A stretch of DNA of 64,000 nucleotides from a virus, in UHGV virus genome UHGV-0021788. One strand, 5' to 3'. Below, piece by piece: positions 9,101 to 18,245 of the stretch; position 1 is the stretch's first letter, and the number at the start of each line of letters is the position of its first letter. The position numbers and the translations under genes are program-made. Below the pieces are notes generated by a model that saw only the letters and a program-made list of their open reading frames with translations, did not search any database and was not told the DNA's origin.

Positions 9101-11737
9101 GTTGAGAAAGGTGCAACTTATACATTACAAATGGATGGTACTTGGGTATGGGGCTATGCATTTGATGATAGTGATAATTATGTTAGTGAATTGTTTACAA
9201 GTAATGGTAATAACAACTACAAATATACATTTACTGCACCTACAACTAAAATAAGATATGGATGTTATGACCCAGGTAAATATTTAACTTATTGTAATTT
9301 AACTAAAACTTCAGGTGGTACTGAAACATTAACTATAAGTAATATAGCAAACATAACACAAACTGCTCAAACAGAATTCTATATTGAATATAGTACTAAT
9401 ATAGCAGTAGCAAAACATGAAGTCTCATGGGACGGAGGAAATATGTTCTATGATAAAACAAGTGATGTAGAGGCAAGTGGAACAAGATATAGATTTAAAC
9501 ATGATAATAAAGCTAGTGCTGGAACTTATAAAATGGCTATAAGGGTAACAACTTCATCAGGTGCTACAAAAACAAGTAATGTATTTACAGTAACATTAGT
9601 AGACAAGAACCAATTAACTTTTACTCAATATAAGAGACTTAATGATGGCGTGATAACAGATACTACAGATGGAACTTATTATACTACATTAAACTATATA
9701 AATGTAACCGCTGGTAAATCTTATACTTTAAATCTTAATAAAGCTAATTATGTATGTATTTGCTATTATAACTCATCAAATTCTTATGTATCTTACGCTG
9801 AAGGCAATACGGATGATTGGTCAAATAAAGCCTTATCATATACATTTACTATACCATCAAATATAACAAAGATGTTAATATGTGCCACTGGTGATTCAAG
9901 TACTGCTATTACAGGTACATTAAAAGAAAATAGTAGTTCCGGTACAGATACAAGTGGATTATTAGACTCTACTGGTGCTTATGTAATAGATGACTTCTCA
10001 AGTAATAGTATAGATTCACGTAAATGGAAATATGAATTAGGATATGTTAGAAATAATGAAACTCAAAGATATACAAATACTAATGCTGAAGTCAATAATG
10101 GTATATTAGCATTAAGAGGTAAAAAAGCAAGTGATGGTTCTTGGACATCAGCATCTATAATTTCTAAAGGACATTTTGCTTTTATGTATGGTAAAATAGT
10201 AGCTAGAGTTAAAGCTTGTAATTACAATGGTTCTTTCGGTGCATTTTGGACACTAGGAGATAGTTTTGAGTTTGGTTATAAAGAATGGAGTAGCCCAGAT
10301 ACTTTAGGTGAATGGTGGGCTTATTGTGGTGAATTTGACGTAATGGAATTCTATAGTGGCAAACTAACTTGTGGTACATTCTTCAATGAAAAAGAAGAAA
10401 GTGGTCGTGTATGGTATAATAATTATCCTACTGGTGATTGGCATGAGTTTGCAATGCAATGGAATACAGATGGTAGTTTGATTTTCTCTATTGATGGACA
10501 TGAGTTGAGTAGAACAAATGCTACTGATAATAGAGCATTCCATATACCTCACTTTATTTTACTTAATCAGGCAATTGGTGCTAGTGGAGGTACTCCTGAT
10601 AGTAATACTACTGAAATAACTCAATATGTAGATTGGGTTAAATATTATCCTTTAAGTACAAATAATCTAGTTGAAAATTCATCTAATTTCTATTTAGAAG
10701 CTACAGATTTTAATGATAATTCTCATAATTGCGTTGTTAGACCAAAATTCAATGATAATTGTATAAACAAATCTATAACATGGCAATCTAGTAACTCAAG
10801 TCTAGTAAGTTGTCATAGTGGATTATGTGCTACTTATTCAGGAGCTAATGGTGAAGTAGTAATTACAGGAACTTCACATTCGGGTGTATCGAAACAAATC
10901 ACATTAACTGTATCTAATGGTACATTAAGAGCTAAGAATTCAGGTGGTAATACTGGTGGTGGAGGTGATTCCTCTAATACTGAATATGCTACATCATGTA
11001 CATCATCTTACATTTTAGATAAGATGTATCCAATGCCACAGCCTCACGAAGCATTACCAAGTGGTGTAACAAGTGATTGGGCTACTCAATCTCGTTGGGA
11101 AAATCAACAAAGACCTACTGCAATAGCACATAATTGTGGTCAATCAGGTTGTCCAGGAGCAGTACAATTTAGAGCATTGGGTGCTTGGGCAAATGTTTAT
11201 AGAGTTAAAAATACAGGTTTTAGTGCAAATACTGGGGTAGAAATGAGAAATATAAAAGTTTATGGATGGTATAACGGTCAATGGGAAAAAATACAAGATT
11301 TACCAGTGCCAGATGGAAATTTCTATGCTGAAAGTTTTTTCGACGATAGTAATCAATATTTTAGTGACAGTATAAAAACTACAAGCACTAGTAAAACTAT
11401 AATTTTAAGAGAAGCTAATAAAATTAATGGAGAGAACTGTATGTATCACCCATTTAGTAAGATTAAAAACTTTGACACAAAATATCAATATGTATATACA
11501 TGTATTGATTTAAGAAAAGTGAAATGGAATGAAAGTGGTACAGATGATAGAGATAGTTCACATTACTGTGCATCTTGTGGCGGTGACTGGTGGTTAGCTG
11601 AGGGATTAACTTTTGATAGTAGTTGGCAACACAACAAAGGTATAGCTCAACCTAAAATAATTGAAATTACAAAAGAGTGGAGAAGATTCTCAATGACTAC
11701 TGTTCCACAAAATTGGACAAATGGATTCCCACAATAG
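6101..11737 (+). CDS. Giant tail fibre/host-specificity protein (1878 aa) with beta-helix-like N-region, shuffled Ig-like modules and an internal GH16 beta-glucanase (laminarinase-like) domain.
   Basis: GH16 hallmarks at ~9990-10600: 'WTSASIISKGHFAFMYGKIVARVKA', 'GAFWTLG', catalytic E-x-D-x-x-E 'GEFDVMEF' at nt 10331-10348. Confidence 0.6.
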   Translation: MANTINSTNNLTSTKIPELYIRYFNPKQKVNETISIKYYVSDSTQAEYLNKDDSKTFTTIVKIKDKTYNKTTKAGEYSIDIGSIANTGETYFSIYTIDDNGVASIEQFFDILIVNDSYNQVNNYNMTTADLSTYNITVGETASIAQAKTNNTGLNNLFKAVKNNGHNKITMLNKVYMLDYHSDKVVLPDNFTVDMNGATFKATQCNDINVSNLVDLKDCFDSHVKNGKLIGNYDGFDFEATKTNTNYNIPGEGLAVAEINGARYSSFEDMEMGYSVGYNLGVFGGKLAGYVGTPGQLAFPNAYYINDQGNTVSSSTMSTTELIDISTLLDRGEIQCNVYLGYGGLALNKAELFFHFYDSHSAYKTTIKTRQYQVVKIPSGSKSMRITGFTSTTTSSGMTICHTGGATNCELINIKSHNTRTCAMHPGIYNHLLIKNCSFNYVADENEYKVTKLALDFEDGYENGKNLFFINNEVYNGTSALTIQRAFNSNVINCRNFGLDIRGHIKGGLFKNNFFNDGSIYTTSFESQSHIKLHNNTFLKVLKFLKWDDKGDYSTIGLTKLDCKQSYQNNSNINVIIDKAVESSGSSGGGTTPTALTISNISNITQTANTEFYIQYSTNKAVVKHEVSWDGGNMFYDKTSDVTSSGTSYKFKHDSSGNAGTYRMAIRVTTSSGETVTSNIFTVTLESKPESGTIGNMTYGKGIDSTTHLIKDDAVCWATVNPVTVEQGATYTLQMDATWVWAFAYDDNDNFVKDLFDTSGDNNVKYTFTAPTNKIRYRCYDPNKYLTYCNLTKISSGSTDTYYTIRYYLHDSTSSNTSTSIKKGSSYSTTITPKNGYRVNSISCMMGGNDVSNSVVSGTAVNIPNVTGDVSVLVDTEAIGDTNTYYTVHYHLSDSSSTNLTTSVKEGFSYSTTIIPNDGYRIKTIYCIMGGTDISSSTVSDNKVKISNVTGEIYITVITEAISTPEPGTIGNMTYGKGINQSTHVITDNTECWATVKAITVEKGATYTLQMDGTWVWGYAFDDSDNYVSELFTSNGNNNYKYTFTAPTTKIRYGCYDPGKYLTYCNLTKTSGGTETLTISNIANITQTAQTEFYIEYSTNIAVAKHEVSWDGGNMFYDKTSDVEASGTRYRFKHDNKASAGTYKMAIRVTTSSGATKTSNVFTVTLVDKNQLTFTQYKRLNDGVITDTTDGTYYTTLNYINVTAGKSYTLNLNKANYVCICYYNSSNSYVSYAEGNTDDWSNKALSYTFTIPSNITKMLICATGDSSTAITGTLKENSSSGTDTSGLLDSTGAYVIDDFSSNSIDSRKWKYELGYVRNNETQRYTNTNAEVNNGILALRGKKASDGSWTSASIISKGHFAFMYGKIVARVKACNYNGSFGAFWTLGDSFEFGYKEWSSPDTLGEWWAYCGEFDVMEFYSGKLTCGTFFNEKEESGRVWYNNYPTGDWHEFAMQWNTDGSLIFSIDGHELSRTNATDNRAFHIPHFILLNQAIGASGGTPDSNTTEITQYVDWVKYYPLSTNNLVENSSNFYLEATDFNDNSHNCVVRPKFNDNCINKSITWQSSNSSLVSCHSGLCATYSGANGEVVITGTSHSGVSKQITLTVSNGTLRAKNSGGNTGGGGDSSNTEYATSCTSSYILDKMYPMPQPHEALPSGVTSDWATQSRWENQQRPTAIAHNCGQSGCPGAVQFRALGAWANVYRVKNTGFSANTGVEMRNIKVYGWYNGQWEKIQDLPVPDGNFYAESFFDDSNQYFSDSIKTTSTSKTIILREANKINGENCMYHPFSKIKNFDTKYQYVYTCIDLRKVKWNESGTDDRDSSHYCASCGGDWWLAEGLTFDSSWQHNKGIAQPKIIEITKEWRRFSMTTVPQNWTNGFPQ

Positions 11738-11752
11738 GAGAGTGATAAAATA

Positions 11753-13591
11753 ATGAGTAGTTATATAAGTAATTCGTTTTCAGTATCGGTCAATAGACCG
11801 ACTACTGGAACAATTGAACCCGTATCAACCGTTAACATATACAAAAATGAAAAAATGTTACAAGCTGTAAGTGGTACACCAGGAGACGGAGAGTATAAAG
11901 TTACAATAACAAATACAACAAATTGTAGTGCTAGTATAAAATCTGATAATAAAACTATATTATTAAATTCTGTAACAGGAAATAATGGTACAATAGAAAT
12001 ATCAGTAAATATTGAAAATAAAAAAACATATAGTAAAACTATTTCTGTTGCTAATGTTAATGATACATCTGTTTTAAGTAGTAATTTTAGTAGAATTGAA
12101 CAAACTGCTAATAAAATAAGTTGGCTAGTAAAAAGTGGTACTAGTTCAAGTAATATGACATTAACAGATGAAGCACTGGATATTATTTCAAAAAATATTA
12201 ATATTACAGGTACAGTTACTTTTTCTAGTTTAGATAGTTATACTCAAAATAGAATAAATAGTTCATATAATTTGACTTCAGATTGGTCATATGGAGGAAC
12301 AACTACAATTAATGGTGCTAAAATACAAACAGGTACAATAACTGCTGACCAAATAAGTGCTAATGCAATTAAAGGTAAGAATATTACAGGTGGTACAATA
12401 AATATAGGTAGTGGTACATTTGTAGTTAATAAAAATGGTCAAATCATTGCAAGAACAGAACCTAACTCAAAAGGTCAATATTTGGAAATGAATAGTTCAA
12501 GTTATAAAATTTATAATGGTTCTAAAACTGTTGCTATGACTTTAGGATTTAGAGATGTTACATTTGAAAATGGTAATACTTCTACATCAACACCTTGTAT
12601 ATATTTAGGGGCAGATGGTATAAATAATCAAGGTGGTAGTAGTTATACTGCTGGAACAGGTAGATATTTTGGTAGAATAATGGCTACTGATAGTCATACT
12701 TCAATGTCAAATACTCACGTTGGTGTTCCTTTGATGGAAATAAATTTCAACAGTAGATATACAGATTCTGATACAGGAAATGCAATTGCAAGTCAAATGA
12801 GATTTTTTGGTGATGGTGATATGATAATAGCTCCAGTTTGTGACCTTCAAATAAGAACCCATCAAAAAGATAATATGGTATCAAAAGGTGGTTCAGAATA
12901 TGAAGTAGCTTACTTTGCTTCAAGTTCATCTGAATGGTATTCTGGATTTATGAGAACTTATGCTGTGACAAATAATTTCAATAGTAAAGGTTTGTTCTTA
13001 GGAGATTATTATATGAGTTCTTCTGGTAATGGTTATAATTCTAGTCTAGGTGATTTTGTTAGTGCAGTTCTTGTAAAAGCAGGTAAAACAAGTTCAGGAG
13101 ACAAAATGAGAACATTTAGACCTCATACTGACAATGTTGCTTTATTGGGTACTGGTGGTTATAGATGGGCAAAACTTTATTGTGGTAATAGTTCAATAAA
13201 TACTTCCGACAGAAGATGTAAAACAAATATAAATTATCTTACTTCTGATAATGCAAAAGTTGCAAGTAAACCATTATTTAATGAAGATGAAATATGGAAT
13301 TTTGTAAAAGATATTGATTTTGCAACATATAACTTTATAGATAATGAAACAGGAGGAGCAAAAGAAGATAATCAAATAGGATTTATTTTACAAGATTTAA
13401 TTCAAGCTTATCCTGATTTAACCAATTCTTTATTATTGGATAAAGGTAGTTATGATGTAGAAGAAGGCGAAGATGACACAATAGTTCCTATGTTAGGATA
13501 CAATAGTGGAAACTATGTTAATTTATTGGGTTGTGCTTTAAAACAAGCATTACAAAGAATAGAGAAATTAGAAGAACAAATAAATAAATAG
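11753..13591 (+). CDS. Tail fibre with a C-terminal intramolecular chaperone auto-proteolytic domain (peptidase S74-like).
   Basis: C-terminal 'NTSDRRCKTNINYL' matches the Ser-Lys dyad motif (S-D-x-R-x-K) of endosialidase/tail-spike CIMCD domains, followed by a coiled-coil end 'LQRIEKLEEQINK'. Confidence 0.55.
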   Translation: MSSYISNSFSVSVNRPTTGTIEPVSTVNIYKNEKMLQAVSGTPGDGEYKVTITNTTNCSASIKSDNKTILLNSVTGNNGTIEISVNIENKKTYSKTISVANVNDTSVLSSNFSRIEQTANKISWLVKSGTSSSNMTLTDEALDIISKNINITGTVTFSSLDSYTQNRINSSYNLTSDWSYGGTTTINGAKIQTGTITADQISANAIKGKNITGGTINIGSGTFVVNKNGQIIARTEPNSKGQYLEMNSSSYKIYNGSKTVAMTLGFRDVTFENGNTSTSTPCIYLGADGINNQGGSSYTAGTGRYFGRIMATDSHTSMSNTHVGVPLMEINFNSRYTDSDTGNAIASQMRFFGDGDMIIAPVCDLQIRTHQKDNMVSKGGSEYEVAYFASSSSEWYSGFMRTYAVTNNFNSKGLFLGDYYMSSSGNGYNSSLGDFVSAVLVKAGKTSSGDKMRTFRPHTDNVALLGTGGYRWAKLYCGNSSINTSDRRCKTNINYLTSDNAKVASKPLFNEDEIWNFVKDIDFATYNFIDNETGGAKEDNQIGFILQDLIQAYPDLTNSLLLDKGSYDVEEGEDDTIVPMLGYNSGNYVNLLGCALKQALQRIEKLEEQINK

Positions 13592-13642
13592 ATTAAAGTC
13601 TTATAAATATAATGTAAAATAAAAATAAAGGAGAGATATTAA

Positions 13643-13803
13643 TGGATATAAAACTTGAAATTGCTTTTCAACAAGCAATGGAGGAAATAGCAAATTTAAA
13701 TCAAAGAGTGATTCTTGAAAAAAGTTTAAGAATACAAGTAGAAGAAGAAAATAAAGAATTAAAAGAAAAAATAGAAAAATTAGAAAAAGATAATCCTCAA
13801 TAA
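13643..13803 (+). CDS. Small coiled-coil protein (53 aa), absent from the ORF track.
   Basis: RBS AAAGGAGAG 8 nt before the ATG. Translation MDIKLEIAFQQAMEEIANLNQRVILEKSLRIQVEEENKELKEKIEKLEKDNPQ. Confidence 0.35.
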
Positions 13804-13827
13804 ATATAAATAAAAGAAGGTGATAAA

Positions 13828-14304
13828 ATGGCTGACAATTTTATCAAAAGAGAAGTAGATATAGTAGTAAAGGGCAATACTGCTTCTCTTAATGAAAATA
13901 TATATCTATATCCTAGAGATAGATATATAGACATATATTTTACAATAAAAGATGTTGGATTTGCATTTGGTAATATCAATGGTAATTATGCTGAAAATGC
14001 AAGTTATGCTAGAGTAAAATATATAAGAAAAGATAAAACCACTCAAGGTGTTGTTTCACCTAGCATTTTAAATGTTGTTGATGGTAAGGTCAAATTATCT
14101 ATAAATGATGATTTTATGTGTAAAGAAGTAAATGGAGAACACGTTGAAATAACTCCAGGAGTATATTTATTACAAATACTTTTATATGATAATTCAGAAG
14201 GACATGGAAGAATAACAATACCACCTGTTGAATTTGAAATATTAGAACCTATTTTCCCAGATGATGAAAGCATAGAAACACTTTCTCTAAAGGTAGATGA
14301 ATAA
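13828..14304 (+). CDS. Structural (baseplate/fibre-associated) protein, short paralogue of the next gene.
   Basis: RBS AAGAAGGTGATAAAATG. N-terminus and the 'GRITIPPVEFEILEPIFPDDE' motif are paralogous to ORF 14307 ('GRITIPEIEFVVLDPIFFDPE'). Confidence 0.45.
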   Translation: MADNFIKREVDIVVKGNTASLNENIYLYPRDRYIDIYFTIKDVGFAFGNINGNYAENASYARVKYIRKDKTTQGVVSPSILNVVDGKVKLSINDDFMCKEVNGEHVEITPGVYLLQILLYDNSEGHGRITIPPVEFEILEPIFPDDESIETLSLKVDE

Positions 14305-14306
14305 TT

Positions 14307-15581
14307 ATGGCTTTAATAAAAAAATATATAAATCTTACAGTAGATGGTGATAAGGCTCATGTAGACCAACCAATATTTCTATTTCAAAATGATAAAAATA
14401 TTGATTTAATATTTACTATAAAAAATTTAAAATTTGATTTTGTTAGAAATATTCAAAAAGAAGAAGATTTAGTTGAATCAATTGGAGCTACTTATTTTAG
14501 AGTTAAAGTATTAAAACCTGATAAAGATGATGTAGATAAAGAATATACAACTGATTTATTTAAAATAAAAGATAATAAAATTATATTTAATATAGATGAT
14601 ACTTTTATATTTGATAAAAAAGATGAAGATGGGAATTTACCATCTTCAGAAAATGATAAAATAGGTATATATAAATTACAGATACAATTATATGATAACG
14701 CAAATGGTAGAATTACAATACCTGAAATTGAATTTGTTGTATTAGACCCTATATTTTTTGACCCAGAAACAGATGGAATTATAGGTGGTGACATCGGAGA
14801 CTCAACCATAGGTAAACCAAGTGAAATAACAGGATTGGTTGATTGGGTAAAAGGTCAAATAATAAGTGCAGAAAGAATGAATGCAATTCATCGTTATCTT
14901 GAAAAACTTCAAAATCAAATAGATAACATTGATTTAAGCGATAAAGATATATATGCGAAAAATGTACATTATGAAAATGAACAGTTTACAAACGTACAAG
15001 ATGCCTTAGATAGCTTATTATATAAAGCTCCTCAAGTTAATTCATTATCTTCAAATATAGGTACTACTGTTGAAATGGGTACTATGCTTTCTAGTGTAAC
15101 TTTTACATGGTCTTATAATAAATCAATAGTTTCGCAATCATTTGCAGGGGTAACATTGGATTCAAATATAAGAACTTACACTTATACAAAAGGAATATAT
15201 AATAATGTTACTTTAACATTAACTGCAAATGATGGAAAAAATAATTGTAGTAGAAATATAAGTTTTACTTATGCAAATCGTATTTTTTATGGGGTATCTG
15301 ATACAACTACTTATAATGTTAACTTATTAAAATCATTATCAAATACATTAAGTAATAATAGAAATAGAAGTTTTACTGTTAATCCAATAAACAATCAACA
15401 TATTATATATGCAATACCTAGTAGATTAGGTGAATGTAAATTTTCAGTTAATGGTTTTGAAGGTGGTTTTCAAAAAGTATCCACTATAAAATATACAAAT
15501 TCACAAAATTACACAGAAGATTATTATATTTATAGGTCAGATAACCCGAATTTAGGAAAAACAACAGTTGTTGTAAATTAG
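14307..15581 (+). CDS. Structural (baseplate/fibre) protein, long paralogue of 13828..14304.
   Basis: Start overlaps the upstream stop (TAATTATG). Shared N-terminal domain with the previous gene. Confidence 0.45.
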   Translation: MALIKKYINLTVDGDKAHVDQPIFLFQNDKNIDLIFTIKNLKFDFVRNIQKEEDLVESIGATYFRVKVLKPDKDDVDKEYTTDLFKIKDNKIIFNIDDTFIFDKKDEDGNLPSSENDKIGIYKLQIQLYDNANGRITIPEIEFVVLDPIFFDPETDGIIGGDIGDSTIGKPSEITGLVDWVKGQIISAERMNAIHRYLEKLQNQIDNIDLSDKDIYAKNVHYENEQFTNVQDALDSLLYKAPQVNSLSSNIGTTVEMGTMLSSVTFTWSYNKSIVSQSFAGVTLDSNIRTYTYTKGIYNNVTLTLTANDGKNNCSRNISFTYANRIFYGVSDTTTYNVNLLKSLSNTLSNNRNRSFTVNPINNQHIIYAIPSRLGECKFSVNGFEGGFQKVSTIKYTNSQNYTEDYYIYRSDNPNLGKTTVVVN

Positions 15582-15597
15582 GAGGTGATAGTTAACA

Positions 15598-15678
15598 ATG
15601 GCTATTGAATTAATTTCAACTATAATTCCTAAAAATAGTGGGAATTTTGCTATTGTTCTCACCTGTCAAATGATATAA
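15598..15678 (+). other. N-terminal 26 codons of the PTR-repeat tail-fibre gene, interrupted by a frameshift.
   Basis: Strong RBS AGGAGGTGATAG 11 nt upstream of ATG 15598. Frame stops at TAA 15676-15678. The -1 frame is open from 15639 to 16697 and carries the rest of the conserved fibre N-terminus '..NDIKGGLHSVKTIAERDNIPLERLEEGMLCYVKD'. Confidence 0.4.
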
Positions 15679-15749
15679 AAGGTGGATTACATTCAGTAAA
15701 AACAATAGCTGAAAGAGATAATATACCTCTTGAAAGATTAGAAGAAGGT

Positions 15750-16697
15750 ATGTTATGTTATGTAAAAGATACGGAAAAGTATTATAATTGGAAAAATAGT
15801 ATTTGGTCAGAATTTAGTGGAGGCGGTTCTGGCAATTTACTAATTTATAGAGTTGATAATTTTAACGATATGAATTCTATTAATACAAAAAATCTTGAAT
15901 ATGGAAGTTTATGTCATGTATTAAATGATGAAAACTTAAGATATATGTATTATTATGGTAAAGAGGGTTGGCAATCAATCAGCCATAAATATAAAGTGTG
16001 GATAGGTAAAGAACCACCAAATGATAAAAACTCTCTTTGGGTTGACACAAGAATGATGGAATTAGATTTATCAACAGGTCAAGAATCAAGTATACCTCAA
16101 TCTGTTAAATATTTAATAAATGTAATTAGTAATCTATCTAATGAAATTATCAATCTAACAGCAAAAGTAAACATATTAAATAATGAAATAGAAACTATTA
16201 AAAAGCAAATTGGTAGTGGTGGAATTATTACTGATAATAATATATATCTTACTACTGAAGACGATAAGATTATTACAACAGAAGATGGAATTCCTATTTT
16301 ATATGAAGAAAGTAAAGGTAACAGTGGAGGTTCAGGCGGTGGTACTGGTGGTGAAGATAAACCTCCTATTGATAACAACACCTATATTGTTACTGAAGAT
16401 GATAAAATCATTACTACTGAAGATGGAATTCCTATTTTATATGAAGAAAGTAAAGGTGGTAGTGGAGGAGGAACTACTCCTAGTGTTGATAATAATACTT
16501 ATATTACAACTGAAGATGGTAAAGTTATTACAACAGAAGATGGAAAACTTATATTACATGAACAAAGTAAAGGCAACAGTGGTGGTACTACAGGAGATAC
16601 AGATAAAACAGATAAAAATACTTATATAATTAGTGAAAATGGTAAAATAATAATTACCGAGAATGGTAAAGCTATTATACCAGAAAATAAAAAATAA
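15750..16697 (+). CDS. Tail-fibre-like protein with four PTR-type repeats ('NTYIVTEDDKIITTEDGIPILYEESKG' + Gly-rich linkers). The true start is probably ATG 15598 via a frameshift.
   Basis: Frame open from 15639. No RBS before ATG 15750. Tandem nucleotide repeats at 16230-16620. Confidence 0.5.
   Translation: MLCYVKDTEKYYNWKNSIWSEFSGGGSGNLLIYRVDNFNDMNSINTKNLEYGSLCHVLNDENLRYMYYYGKEGWQSISHKYKVWIGKEPPNDKNSLWVDTRMMELDLSTGQESSIPQSVKYLINVISNLSNEIINLTAKVNILNNEIETIKKQIGSGGIITDNNIYLTTEDDKIITTEDGIPILYEESKGNSGGSGGGTGGEDKPPIDNNTYIVTEDDKIITTEDGIPILYEESKGGSGGGTTPSVDNNTYITTEDGKVITTEDGKLILHEQSKGNSGGTTGDTDKTDKNTYIISENGKIIITENGKAIIPENKK
16253..16451 (+). repeat. Near-perfect direct tandem repeat (~66 nt core repeated with ~133-nt period) encoding PTR repeats.
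   Basis: 'actgaagacgataagattattacaacagaagatggaattcctattttatatgaagaaagtaaaggt' at 16253-16318 recurs at 16386-16451. Confidence 0.7.
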
Positions 16698-16702
16698 AGG
16701 AG

Positions 16703-17989
16703 TTGGATATATTGGAAACTATTAAGAAAAGTGCATTTCAAGAAATTGGTATTCTTAATGATAATGATTATTTTGATATAGTTACTAATACAAATGTTAA
16801 TAGAAGAATTAAATTTTCAGCAATGAAAGAAGCTATAAATAATAGTGTTAATTCTTATGTCGATGTTAAAGCAAAAAATGGAAAAATTTTCAGATTAACT
16901 GTTAATAATGAAGGGGAAATAATTTGTCAAAATGCTGAAGCATATACTGCTACTGCTCCAGAAAAAACTGAAAGTGGTAGATTTGCTGGTTTAATGATAA
17001 ACATGATATATGGTGGTGGAAATAATAAAAATAATACTGCTTGTTCACATCACTTTATAGAATTATATAATCAAAGTACTAGTAGTATGGATTTAAATTT
17101 AAAAGGACTTTATTTATCTGTTAAAAGTAATACAGGTGATTGGCAATCTCTTGCATTAGAGGGTATAATACCTTATCAACATTCATTCCTTGTAAGATGT
17201 AATCAAGTTTCTAATCCTGTACTATTAGGTACTAGATGTAAAATAGATACATATGACCAAGAATGGAATATAGATTTAACTGATGTAGGATTTAGTGCTT
17301 ATTTATCAATAGGAACACCTACAACTGTTAATCCAGCTAATGCAGATGGTAATATGAATAAAGAAGTTGGATATATAGACTTAATGGGTGCTGGTGGAAC
17401 ACAAGAAACACAAGGAGTTAAAGCTTTTGAAACTGCCTATCCAATGTTGATGACTAAAGATATAGGTTGTAGAAGACTTGACTTTGCTGATACAGATAAT
17501 AATCAAAAAAACTGTAGAGCAATAAATTGGAAAACTTGTGATGTAAGTGTCTATAAACCTAGAAGTGTATCAGATGGTAAATGGGACTTATACTTTAACA
17601 AAGCAAAACTAAAATCTACAATGCCTAATCTAATAAATATGTGTTATGGACAAGATGGTTCTAAAACTAGAACATTTACTTTCCAAACTGTATTAACTGA
17701 TGAAGGTTATATTAAATGGAGAAAATACGGAGAATTAAAATGGAATAAAAAACCTACTACTAAAGAAATAATAACTCACTATGATTGTGATGCTACTTTA
17801 CATAGAGTTTTTATTACTGATTTACAACCTGGAATTTATGAATATCAATGTGGTTCTGAAGGTGCATGGAGTGATATAAGTACTTTTGAAGTAAGAAATT
17901 ATGCACAAACTGCTGATAAAAGTAATTTTGTACATAACGATATAAAAATGTTATGGACTACAGACCAACAAGCATGGACTAACATATAG
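16703..17989 (+). CDS. Exon 1 of a split tail-associated LTD-Fn3-metallophosphoesterase (purple-acid-phosphatase-like) gene. TTG start.
   Basis: RBS AAGGAG before TTG 16703. Lamin-tail-domain-like 'HHFIELYNQSTSSMDLNLKGLYLS'. PAP N-terminal Fn3-like 'HRVFITDLQPGIYEYQCGSEGAWSDISTFE'. Motif-1-like 'FVHNDIKM'. The catalytic domain continues only after the downstream intron. Confidence 0.55.
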   Translation: MDILETIKKSAFQEIGILNDNDYFDIVTNTNVNRRIKFSAMKEAINNSVNSYVDVKAKNGKIFRLTVNNEGEIICQNAEAYTATAPEKTESGRFAGLMINMIYGGGNNKNNTACSHHFIELYNQSTSSMDLNLKGLYLSVKSNTGDWQSLALEGIIPYQHSFLVRCNQVSNPVLLGTRCKIDTYDQEWNIDLTDVGFSAYLSIGTPTTVNPANADGNMNKEVGYIDLMGAGGTQETQGVKAFETAYPMLMTKDIGCRRLDFADTDNNQKNCRAINWKTCDVSVYKPRSVSDGKWDLYFNKAKLKSTMPNLINMCYGQDGSKTRTFTFQTVLTDEGYIKWRKYGELKWNKKPTTKEIITHYDCDATLHRVFITDLQPGIYEYQCGSEGAWSDISTFEVRNYAQTADKSNFVHNDIKMLWTTDQQAWTNI

Positions 17990-18194
17990 TCCCTATATTA
18001 AGTGATTAGTATAGTAAATCCTTTGAATTGCTGGTAAATCCTAAAGCCTTATAAACTACAACATGATTAGAAATAATGAGTGTGAATGTTACGAAAGTAG
18101 AAAAAATTATAAGGATAACATATGGTTAAATCCTAAGTGTTATATACAATGGAAGCTCAGCAGGTAAGATTCTAAATTAAATTATTTTAAATAC

Positions 18195-18223
18195 TTGACT
18201 TTTAATAAGATAAATTGTATAAT
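18195..18223 (+). promoter_or_regulatory. Sigma-A-type promoter TTGACT-N17-TATAAT (TG-extended) driving the intron-encoded HEG.
   Basis: TTGACT 18195-18200, TGTATAAT 18216-18223, RBS GTGAGGTGA, ATG 18246. Confidence 0.65.
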
Positions 18224-18245
18224 ATAAGTAAAGTGAGGTGATAAA

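Noticed and set aside
15639-15678. Programmed -1 ribosomal frameshift site in the PTR fibre gene.
   Set aside because: No X-XXY-YYZ slippery heptamer or downstream pseudoknot-like structure is evident. A simple indel is more parsimonious.
17990-18245. Possible tRNA or small RNA genes in the intron and intergenic segments (17990-18245, 19161-19486, 21300-21700).
   Set aside because: No cloverleaf with a 7-bp acceptor stem, T-loop GTTC or anticodon loop could be drawn by eye. The conserved hairpins are group I P9/P2 elements.
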